DNA of 64,000 bases, from positions 86,552-150,551 of the forward strand of contig JAKAKW010000002.1 in assembly GCA_021824345.1 (NCBI GenBank). The letters are read 5' to 3'. Positions within the stretch are counted from its first letter, which is position 1, and each line of letters starts with the position of its first letter. The stretch comes from a bacterium. Its GTDB lineage: Bacteria > Patescibacteriota > Minisyncoccia > Phycocordibacterales > UBA9973. Position numbers and translations under genes: made by a program. Positions 41,322 to 49,059 of the stretch are shown one piece after another. The notes beneath the pieces were generated by a model. It ran no database searches. It was not told the origin of the DNA and saw nothing but the letters and a program-made list of their open reading frames with translations.

Positions 41322-41507
41322 ATGGCAAAAACATCGGTTATAGCCAGATCAAAAAAGAAGCCTAAATTTTCAACCCGGGCGAAAAACCGGTGTTTTCGCT
41401 GCGGCCGAGGCAAGGGATATATGCGGGATTTCGGACTGTGCCGAATATGTTTCCGGGAATATGCCAATGAGGGAAAGCTTCCCGGAGTAAGAAAGTCTTC
41501 GTGGTAA
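41322..41507 (+). CDS. rpsN: 30S ribosomal protein S14, zinc-binding type
   Basis: RCFRCGR...LCRICFRE...GVRKSSW. Confidence 0.97.
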   Translation: MAKTSVIARSKKKPKFSTRAKNRCFRCGRGKGYMRDFGLCRICFREYANEGKLPGVRKSSW

Positions 41508-41520
41508 CAAGAACAAAAAG

Positions 41521-41907
41521 ATGGATCCGATAGCAAACATGATAATAATGATAAAGAATGGGAACGCCGCCGGACAGGAGTCTGTGTTTTTGCCGTATTC
41601 AAAAATGAAAGCGGCCATAGCCGAATGCTTGAAGAAAGAGGGATACGTGGGCGAGGTTGCCAAAAAGACGAAAAAGAATCGTTCGGTGCTGGAAGTGAAG
41701 CTCGTGTATGAAGGCAAGATCCCCAAGATAACTCACGCGGAAAGAATTTCCAAACAGTCCAAGCGGGTGTATTTCGGCGTGAAGGAGCTTTATCCGGTAC
41801 GGGGAGGCAATGGCCTTCTGGTGCTTTCCACCCCCAAAGGAATTCTCGGAGGAAAAGATGCGCGCAAAGAGCATGTCGGAGGCGAAGCTCTTTTCAAGTT
41901 GTGGTAA
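41521..41907 (+). CDS. rpsH: 30S ribosomal protein S8
   Basis: DPIANM..IKN, LSTPKGI, VGGE. Confidence 0.96.
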   Translation: MDPIANMIIMIKNGNAAGQESVFLPYSKMKAAIAECLKKEGYVGEVAKKTKKNRSVLEVKLVYEGKIPKITHAERISKQSKRVYFGVKELYPVRGGNGLLVLSTPKGILGGKDARKEHVGGEALFKLW

Positions 41908-41929
41908 GAAAAAACCAAAGCAAAAAAAT

Positions 41930-42463
41930 ATGTCAAGAATAGGAAAAAGAGAAATACCGATACCGACAGGAATAAAAATTTCCCAAGAGGGGACTTTCTT
42001 TACCGTGACCGGGCCGAAGGGATCCTTGAAAAAGTCTTTTCGCGACGATATAACCATAACCATTGGAGAAAAGGCCGTCTCTTTGAAAGCGAAGCGAAAT
42101 GACAAATTTTCCAAATCGCTGTGGGGAACGTATGCCGCCCATATCAAAAATATGATCAAGGGCGTGCAGGAGCCATATCAAAAGAAACTTATTTTGGAAG
42201 GAGTGGGATTCAAGTCGGAAGTGGCGGGAAAGGAAATGAAATTCGCTCTCGGGTTCTCTCATCCGGTAATCGTACCCATTCCCGAAGGCATTACCGCAGC
42301 CGCGGAAAAAAACAACATCACCATTACCGGCATTGACAAGGAGCTGGTGGGAAGCTTTGCCGCCGGCATCAGAGCTCTTAAAAAAGCTGAACCGTATAAA
42401 GGCAAAGGCATGAGGTATGAGGGTGAGGTCGTGAGAAGGAAGCAAGGCAAGAAGACGGCATAA
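41930..42463 (+). CDS. rplF: 50S ribosomal protein L6
   Basis: MSRIGK, LGFSHP, EPYKGKG. Confidence 0.97.
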   Translation: MSRIGKREIPIPTGIKISQEGTFFTVTGPKGSLKKSFRDDITITIGEKAVSLKAKRNDKFSKSLWGTYAAHIKNMIKGVQEPYQKKLILEGVGFKSEVAGKEMKFALGFSHPVIVPIPEGITAAAEKNNITITGIDKELVGSFAAGIRALKKAEPYKGKGMRYEGEVVRRKQGKKTA

Positions 42464-42467
42464 AATT

Positions 42468-42809
42468 ATGCAGAAAAAAGACGAAAAAAGAATACGCTTG
42501 AAAAGGAAGATTCGGTCCAAAATCCAGGGTACCGCGGGACATCCGCGCTTGTCCGTTTTTCGTTCCAACAAATTTATTTACGCTCAGGTAATAGACGATA
42601 CGGCCGGCAAAACCATTGCCGAAGCGAGCGACATAAAAATAAATGAGGGTACAAAGGTGGAGCGAGCGAAGAAGGTGGGCGCCATGATAGCGGAAAAATG
42701 CGTAAAGGCCGGAATAACCAAAGTGGTATTTGACCGGAACGGCTTCAAGTATGCCGGAAGGATTAAATTGGTAGCTGACTCGGCCAGAGGCGCCGGGCTT
42801 AAGTTTTAA
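42468..42809 (+). CDS. rplR: 50S ribosomal protein L18
   Basis: PRLSVFRSNK.IYAQ, VVFDRNG. Confidence 0.97.
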   Translation: MQKKDEKRIRLKRKIRSKIQGTAGHPRLSVFRSNKFIYAQVIDDTAGKTIAEASDIKINEGTKVERAKKVGAMIAEKCVKAGITKVVFDRNGFKYAGRIKLVADSARGAGLKF

Positions 42810-42817
42810 TAAAAAAA

Positions 42818-43402
42818 ATGGAAGAGAAAGAAGAAAAAAAAGAAGAACGGGGAGAAAGAGGCAGGAGGAACGGCGGAAGATCCGATCGGGGCAGAATGGG
42901 CCGGCCGAAGCCGGAATTTGACCAGAAGATCCTGGATATACGCCGGGTTACCCGCGTGGTGGCCGGAGGCCGGAGGTTTTCTTTCAGCGTATACCTTGCC
43001 GCCGGAGACAGGCGCGGATCGGTCGGAGTCGGGCTTGGAAAGGCCGGAGACACGTCTCTTGCCATCAACAAAGCTCTTCGCAACGCGAAAAAGAACATGG
43101 TAACCTTGAAGCTCACCAAAACAATGTCTCTTCCTTACGAAATGAAAGCCAAATTCGGCAGCGCCAAAGTTGTGCTTATGCCGAACAAAGGGCGCGGTTT
43201 GGTGGCCGGCACGGTGGTGCGCGACATTGTAAATTTGGCCGGCATGAAGGACGTGACCAGCAAAGTGATTTCCAATTCAAAGAACAAGCTGAACAACGCC
43301 AAGGCGGTGATGAAAGCTCTCGCCCCCGTTTCCGTAAAATATGAGAAAAAATCTGCTCGTCCCGCCTCAAGGAGCGCGGAAAAGGAACAGGAAAGAAAAT
43401 AA
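42818..43402 (+). CDS. rpsE: 30S ribosomal protein S5
   Basis: RVTRVVAGGRRFSF. Confidence 0.97.
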   Translation: MEEKEEKKEERGERGRRNGGRSDRGRMGRPKPEFDQKILDIRRVTRVVAGGRRFSFSVYLAAGDRRGSVGVGLGKAGDTSLAINKALRNAKKNMVTLKLTKTMSLPYEMKAKFGSAKVVLMPNKGRGLVAGTVVRDIVNLAGMKDVTSKVISNSKNKLNNAKAVMKALAPVSVKYEKKSARPASRSAEKEQERK

Positions 43403-43414
43403 TTTTTAACGATC

Positions 43415-43726
43415 ATGCAGATACACGAACTAAAAAGACAGCATAAAAACAAAAAGGACCGCATAGTGGGCCGGGGAGGCAAGCACGCCAAGCAATCCGG
43501 CCGCGGAGGCAAGGGCCAGACCGCCCGAGCCGGCAATAAACGCCGGCCGGAGCTGCGCGACATCATCAAGCGCTTGCCCAAGCGCCGAGGGTACAGGTTT
43601 CATTCCCGCCGGAAAGAAGTGATTATTAAAAAAGACGGTACGGGAACCGGAACGAGCAAGGCCGATTCTTTCTCCGCCATTCGCAAGCAAACCGGCCAGA
43701 AAGGGGGTAAAATAAAGTTTAAGTAA
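43415..43726 (+). CDS. rplO: 50S ribosomal protein L15, C-terminally shortened
   Basis: VGRGG..SGRGGKGQTARAG, RLPKRRG; only 103 aa. Confidence 0.9.
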   Translation: MQIHELKRQHKNKKDRIVGRGGKHAKQSGRGGKGQTARAGNKRRPELRDIIKRLPKRRGYRFHSRRKEVIIKKDGTGTGTSKADSFSAIRKQTGQKGGKIKFK

Positions 43727-43730
43727 GCCA

Positions 43731-44999
43731 ATGACTTTCTGGGAAAAAGTAAAATTGATTTGGACAGACAAGGCTTTGCGCAAAAAAGTTCTTTTTGTGC
43801 TTTTTTCCCTGATTATTTTTCGCCTTTTGGCCACCATACCGATTCCGGGCATTGATACGGTGGCCCTTTCCAGATTTCTTTCAAACAATCAGTTCTTCGG
43901 CATACTGAACATTTTTGCCGGAGGCGGGCTTTCCAATCTTTCCATTATCATGCTGGGGGTGGGGCCGTACATTACAAGCTCCATTATCATGCAGCTTCTG
44001 ACAATCATGGTGCCTTCGCTAAAGAGGTTGTATGAAGAGGAAGGAGAAGCCGGAAGGCGCAGATTCACCCAATACTCCCGCCTTCTCACCGTTCCCTTGG
44101 CAATCATCCAGGGTTACAGCCTTTTGGCCATTTTGCAGAAGCAGAATATTTTGGTAAATCTCACCGCTTTTGAACAGTTCATGAACATAGTAATCGTGGT
44201 GGCCGGAGCGATGCTGGTTACCTGGATAGGAGAGTTGATGTCCGAGTTCGGCGTCGGCAACGGCGTGTCCTTGCTCATTTTCGCCGGTATCGTGGCCCGC
44301 ATTCCTGCGGATGTGAGCCAGCTCGCATTTTCCTTTGATCCTTCGCAGGTACCTCTTTTGATAATGTTTATAGTGGCGGGCGTTCTGATCACGGCCGGGG
44401 TGGTGGTGGCTACCGAAGCGGAACGTCCCGTGCCCGTAACTTACGCCAAACAAGTGCGCGGAATGAAAATGTACGGGGGCGGTTCCACTTATCTTCCGTT
44501 GCGGGTAAACCAGGCCGGAGTTATTCCAATCATTTTTGCCTTGTCCATCTTGCTTTTTCCTCAGATGATAGGCAACTTCCTGGCCGGTTCTTCCAATGCC
44601 ACGGTCGCGGCAATCGCCGCTTGGCTTTCCAATTTCTCCCAGACTTCTCTTTCGTACGCCGTCCTATACTTCATTCTCGTGTTTCTGTTTACTTACTTTT
44701 ACACCGCTGTCACTTTTGATCCTGAATCTCTTTCCAAAAATTTACAGAAAAACGGAGCCTTTATCCCCGGCATCCGTCCCGGGCATTCCACCCAGGAGTA
44801 TATTTCCAGGGTGCTTAGCCGGGTAACATTCCTCGGCGCAATATTTCTCGGTGTTGTCGCTATTCTGCCTTTGGCCATGCAGGCTATTACCGGCATTACC
44901 GCTCTGGCTCTCGGAGGCACGGCGCTCTTGATCGTGGTGGCGGTATTAATAGATCTGATCAAGAAAATTGATGCTCAGATCTCCATGAGGGAGTACTAA
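43731..44999 (+). CDS. secY: Preprotein translocase SecY
   Basis: LGVGPYITSSIIMQLL, GVGNGVSL, GVIPIIFA, IPGIRPG. Confidence 0.98.
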   Translation: MTFWEKVKLIWTDKALRKKVLFVLFSLIIFRLLATIPIPGIDTVALSRFLSNNQFFGILNIFAGGGLSNLSIIMLGVGPYITSSIIMQLLTIMVPSLKRLYEEEGEAGRRRFTQYSRLLTVPLAIIQGYSLLAILQKQNILVNLTAFEQFMNIVIVVAGAMLVTWIGELMSEFGVGNGVSLLIFAGIVARIPADVSQLAFSFDPSQVPLLIMFIVAGVLITAGVVVATEAERPVPVTYAKQVRGMKMYGGGSTYLPLRVNQAGVIPIIFALSILLFPQMIGNFLAGSSNATVAAIAAWLSNFSQTSLSYAVLYFILVFLFTYFYTAVTFDPESLSKNLQKNGAFIPGIRPGHSTQEYISRVLSRVTFLGAIFLGVVAILPLAMQAITGITALALGGTALLIVVAVLIDLIKKIDAQISMREY

Positions 45000-45088
45000 A
45001 TAGTTTTATTTGACTGGTAAAGCTATTATATGTTATAATCACAGCAAAAGTGATATCATTAATAGTTCTAAAAACTGAAAGGAAAATT

Positions 45089-45367
45089 ATGAAGACTTTC
45101 TTTTATGCCTTGCCGTTATCGGAACATATATTTAGGGGCAATGTTCCCAATATGAATGTTTTATTGGCAAAATTTATGGGGTGGGCAGAGCAATTTGGTA
45201 TTAATTCTGACGAATCCATTGCGGTGTGGTTTGATGGTCGTTTTGACGACCATATCCCGCTTGAGGGATTTGGTTCGGGAATGAAAAATAATATCAACAA
45301 ATTTGCTCAATCTGCCAGAGAAAAGCTTCCGAAAGAGGCTAATATGATTGATTTAACTGATTATTAA
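45089..45367 (+). CDS. AT-rich hypothetical protein
   Basis: Own promoter (TTGACT...TATAAT), AAAGGA SD, downstream hairpins. Confidence 0.6.
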   Translation: MKTFFYALPLSEHIFRGNVPNMNVLLAKFMGWAEQFGINSDESIAVWFDGRFDDHIPLEGFGSGMKNNINKFAQSAREKLPKEANMIDLTDY

Positions 45368-45484
45368 AAATATGGTTAATAGCCATATTTTGTCTTAAAC
45401 CCATAGTTTATTCTATGGGTTTTTTAATGGCATTCAACGTTTTAGACAGGTTGCAAAAGCTTGTGATAATGCTAATCTTTATAT

Positions 45485-45598
45485 ATGCGAAAACGGCTCA
45501 AAAAGAAGCTTCACAGTTGTGCGCTATGCAAACCTCACAAAATGAAATGGAGTTTGCGCTGGGAAGCAAAGGAATTTGGCCTATTAAAAGAATTTTAA
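45485..45598 (+). CDS. 37-aa basic peptide with CxxCKPHK motif (not in the ORF track)
   Basis: Own translation MRKRLKKKLHSCALCKPHKMKWSLRWEAKEFGLLKEF; TTGCAA-16nt-TAATCT promoter 6 nt upstream. Confidence 0.6.
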   Translation: MRKRLKKKLHSCALCKPHKMKWSLRWEAKEFGLLKEF

Positions 45599-45611
45599 AA
45601 ATATAAAAAAT

Positions 45612-46139
45612 ATGCGAGAGTATAAACAGTCTACTATTGAAGTAATTATCACCGGCGGTACTATTGATTCTTATTACGAAGGAGCGAAAGATACCGCTGT
45701 ACCGTTGAAATTATCTTCCATTCCTCTCTTTTTCAAACTTATTAAACCAGAGGATAATGTATTTTTTAAAAAGGTTTGCATGAAAGACAGCCGGCAGTTG
45801 AATGGCAATGATTTAAAGAAAATACGTGAGGTTATTAATAAATCCAAATCAAAACTGTTTATTGTCACCCATGGAACGTATACCATGCCTGACACAGCCC
45901 GTTTTTTGGCAACAAACCTAAAAAGAAAAGATTGCACGGTTATTCTTACCGGCTCAATGATTCCGCTTACGGGATTTGCGCCCTCCGATGCTCCGTTTAA
46001 TTTAGGATATTCTTTTGCGATGGTCAAAACGCTTAAACCTGGGATATATGTGTGCATGAATGGAAGAATATTCGATCCAATGGAAGTAGCAAAAAGAATT
46101 TCTGCTGGAAAGTTTGTCTCGGTACTTGGTGAAAATTAG
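45612..46139 (+). CDS. Asparaginase N-terminal domain protein
   Basis: TGGTID, KDS, THGTYTM, LTGSMIP, SDAPFNLG. Confidence 0.88.
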   Translation: MREYKQSTIEVIITGGTIDSYYEGAKDTAVPLKLSSIPLFFKLIKPEDNVFFKKVCMKDSRQLNGNDLKKIREVINKSKSKLFIVTHGTYTMPDTARFLATNLKRKDCTVILTGSMIPLTGFAPSDAPFNLGYSFAMVKTLKPGIYVCMNGRIFDPMEVAKRISAGKFVSVLGEN

Positions 46140-46747
46140 CTTTTATCTTTTCGGTATTTCTCGATAACTTTCTCGATATCTTTTGTCACCTTAGGAATCG
46201 GCTGATTGCCGTTTATTTTTTTCATTTTACCGAGGCTTTCAAAATACTTTACAGTTTTGCTGACTTGTTTTTTGTGGTAGTCAATCCTGGCCTTTATTAT
46301 TTTGTCGTCATCCAACACTTTGTATATCGCTTTCATATTGCCGGCCTTCCGGGCTCGCGACCTGCGGTATACCTCCCTGTCCGGCAGGGTAATGTAAAAA
46401 GCAAAGAAGTCTTCCTTCTTAGACTCCATGATTTTCTTCAAAAGCTGGGCTTCCGGCTTGAGCCGGGGGTTGCCGATAAAAATCAAGTCTTTCCCTTTCG
46501 GTTTTTTGCCTATTTCATGCACTAAAAATTTTTTCATAAGTGCTACCGGCGCCGGTTTCCCTTGCCCGGTGGTTCTACGCACCCATGCTCCGTCTTGGCT
46601 TTTTTCTTTCATTAACTTGCGCCAATGTACCCCCGATTCTACCGGCCTAAGAGAATATTTTTTCATCAAAATATTTGCCTGGGTCTCCTTGCCAGAAGTA
46701 ATCATCCCCAGAAGCACGATATTGAACCCCAATCTCTCTTTTTTCAT
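46136..46747 (-). CDS. Divergent nucleoside monophosphate kinase (adenylate kinase-like)
   Basis: Altered P-loop LGMITSGKETQA, GNPR, INGNQPI. Confidence 0.75.
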   Translation of the reverse strand: MKKERLGFNIVLLGMITSGKETQANILMKKYSLRPVESGVHWRKLMKEKSQDGAWVRRTTGQGKPAPVALMKKFLVHEIGKKPKGKDLIFIGNPRLKPEAQLLKKIMESKKEDFFAFYITLPDREVYRRSRARKAGNMKAIYKVLDDDKIIKARIDYHKKQVSKTVKYFESLGKMKKINGNQPIPKVTKDIEKVIEKYRKDKS

Positions 46748-46810
46748 GATGTGCCAATGATATATCAAATACCTTGATTTTTCAAGCTGTTTCTTGTATT
46801 CTAGAACCAT

Positions 46811-47398
46811 ATGCAACCGCAAACTTTCGTGTTTTTCGGCATCGTGGGGTCCGGAAAAGGGACCCAGGTAAAGCTTTTAACCGAATATCTTAAAAAGGAA
46901 GACAATAAAGAAACGGTCTACGCTTATCCCGGGGCTGAATACAGAAAGCTTATGGAAAGCGGAAGCTTTACCGCCACATTAATAAAAGATTCGATCAATC
47001 GCGGAGAACTCCAGCCAGACTTTTTGACCGATGCAATTTTCACCAACATTCTCACTGCCGAGCTTTCTCCCGAAAAGCACCTTATCGCCGACGGATATCC
47101 GCGGACAGTGAAGCAATCCGAAGTTTTTGAAAAGGCGATGAAGTTTTTCAAACGGGAAAATATTAAAATTATTTACATTGAATTGAGCAAGGATGAAGCG
47201 ATGAAACGGAACCTCTTGCGCGGCAGGGAAGACGATACCAAGGAGGGGCTGGAGAAGCGTTTTGACGAATACGTTAACAATGTGGTCCCGGCCATGGAAT
47301 ATTTGAAGGGCAAGCCCGGATATGAAGCTTTTTCCATAAACGGGGAGCAGAGCATAGAAAACGTGCATAAGGATATAGTCAAAGCCCTGGGATTTTAA
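46811..47398 (+). CDS. adk: Adenylate kinase family protein
   Basis: GIVGSGKGTQ, DGYPR, RGREDD. Confidence 0.85.
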   Translation: MQPQTFVFFGIVGSGKGTQVKLLTEYLKKEDNKETVYAYPGAEYRKLMESGSFTATLIKDSINRGELQPDFLTDAIFTNILTAELSPEKHLIADGYPRTVKQSEVFEKAMKFFKRENIKIIYIELSKDEAMKRNLLRGREDDTKEGLEKRFDEYVNNVVPAMEYLKGKPGYEAFSINGEQSIENVHKDIVKALGF

Positions 47399-47413
47399 AG
47401 AAGACTCCAAAAG

Positions 47414-48094
47414 ATGCAGGATACAATCATAATTTCATTGGGCGGATCCCTCATAGTGCCCGACGCAATTGATGAGGGATTTCTGAGGGAATTTAGAGAC
47501 CTGATTCTTGCGCAAACCAAGCTTGGAAAAAAATTCGTGATAACCACCGGCGGGGGAAAGGTGTGCCGGCGGTATCAGGAAGCGGCCGCGGAAATCTCCG
47601 GGGCTTCGGATGTGGATAAGGATTGGATAGGCATAGCGTCTCTTAAACTGAACGCCGAGCTGGTGCGGGTGGTTTTCGGAGAGCATGCATATGAAAATGT
47701 AGTTTTCAATTTATCCGAAAAACCCGAAACTGAGAAGCCGATAATAATCGGAGCGGCATATGAGCCCGGGCACAGCACGGATTGGGATATGGTTCTGGCC
47801 GCCAAGACATTCGGAGCAAAAAAGGCGGTGAATCTTTCCAACGTGGATTACGTCTATGATTCCGATCCCCGAAATAATCCCGATGCCAAAAAATTTGAAA
47901 GTATTTCCTGGTCTGAGTACCGAAAGCTGATTCCTGAAGATTGGAATCCCGGCCTTTCCACTCCCTTTGACCCCATAGCCGCCAAGGAAGCGGAATCATC
48001 CGGCATCGAGGTGTCCATCATGAATGGCAAGCCGCTGGACAATTTCGCTGAATATCTTAGAGGAGGAAAATTTAAAGGGACTGTAATAAAATAA
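47414..48094 (+). CDS. pyrH: UMP kinase (archaeal-like short type)
   Basis: ISLGGS, TGGG, PGHSTD, YDSDP, FDPIA. Confidence 0.9.
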   Translation: MQDTIIISLGGSLIVPDAIDEGFLREFRDLILAQTKLGKKFVITTGGGKVCRRYQEAAAEISGASDVDKDWIGIASLKLNAELVRVVFGEHAYENVVFNLSEKPETEKPIIIGAAYEPGHSTDWDMVLAAKTFGAKKAVNLSNVDYVYDSDPRNNPDAKKFESISWSEYRKLIPEDWNPGLSTPFDPIAAKEAESSGIEVSIMNGKPLDNFAEYLRGGKFKGTVIK

Positions 48095-48095
48095 A

Positions 48096-48213
48096 GTGGA
48101 ACCATGAGAACAATTTTTGTAGGGGGTTTCGAGCGCGGCGGCGCGAGAATTTCAGGGATTTTTTCAGCAGAAAAAATCCCGTACCCGGAAAAAATTTGTT
48201 CTCATGGTTCCAC
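48096..48213 (+). repeat. Intergenic fold-back element E1
   Basis: 18-bp perfect terminal IR GTGGAACCATGAGAACAA; core 48155-48187 identical to reverse complement of 58222-58254. Confidence 0.9.
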
Positions 48214-48222
48214 GTATTCATA

Positions 48223-48990
48223 ATGATTATTATCAAAACACCCGAGGAAATAGAAATAATGCGTGAAGGCGGGAAGCGCCTTGCGGAAGTGCTCAACAAG
48301 GTAAAAGCTAAAGTAAGGCCCGGAATTTCCACCAAAGAACTGGATGATTATGCCTTTAGGCTGGTAAAGGAGATGGGCGACCGGCCGGCATTTTTAAATT
48401 ATCAGGCCGATGGCGCGGGCAGACCGTATCCGGCCAGCTTGTGCGTTTCAGTGGAAGACGAGGTGGTGCACGGCATTCCAAAGACAGGCAGAATATTGAA
48501 AGAGGGGGACATAGTGTCTCTCGATTTCGGCATTGTGCACCGAGGTCTTTTCACCGATTCGGCGATTACTGTTCCAGTGGGTTCTATCAGTCCGGCCAAG
48601 GAAAAGCTTCTCCGGGCCACTGAAGAAGCCTTGTATGTTGGCATTGACGCTGCTCGTGGAGGAAAGAAAGTGGGAGATATAGGCTACGCCATTGAAAGCT
48701 TTGTGAAAACTTACAAATACGGAATTGTGGACATTCTTTCCGGCCACGGGGTGGGCAGGGAGCTGCATGAAGATCCGTATGTGCCCAATTTCGGCAGAAA
48801 AGGCACCGGCGAGCTTTTAAAACCCGGACAGACTCTAGCCATCGAGCCGATGCTGAATATGGGGGTAAAGGAAGTGATTTTTGACGATGACGGATGGACC
48901 TTTCGCACCGCGGACGGGAAACCATCCGCCCATTTTGAACATACTATTCTCATCACCGACGGCGATCCGGAAATTTTAACAAAAGCGTAG
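48223..48990 (+). CDS. map: Methionine aminopeptidase type I
   Basis: VVHGIP, GHGVG..LHEDP, AIEPM, SAHFEHT. Confidence 0.97.
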   Translation: MIIIKTPEEIEIMREGGKRLAEVLNKVKAKVRPGISTKELDDYAFRLVKEMGDRPAFLNYQADGAGRPYPASLCVSVEDEVVHGIPKTGRILKEGDIVSLDFGIVHRGLFTDSAITVPVGSISPAKEKLLRATEEALYVGIDAARGGKKVGDIGYAIESFVKTYKYGIVDILSGHGVGRELHEDPYVPNFGRKGTGELLKPGQTLAIEPMLNMGVKEVIFDDDGWTFRTADGKPSAHFEHTILITDGDPEILTKA

Positions 48991-49059
48991 GCATGCGGGG
49001 CCGTTGCCGTCAGAGCCTTTCCTTGTAGGCAGTCGTAACGTGTTATAATAAATCCAATC

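Noticed and set aside
45415-45606. 63-aa ORF from the track
   Set aside because: It starts inside a terminator-like hairpin and runs across a promoter; the overlapping 37-aa CxxCKPHK frame fits the promoter better
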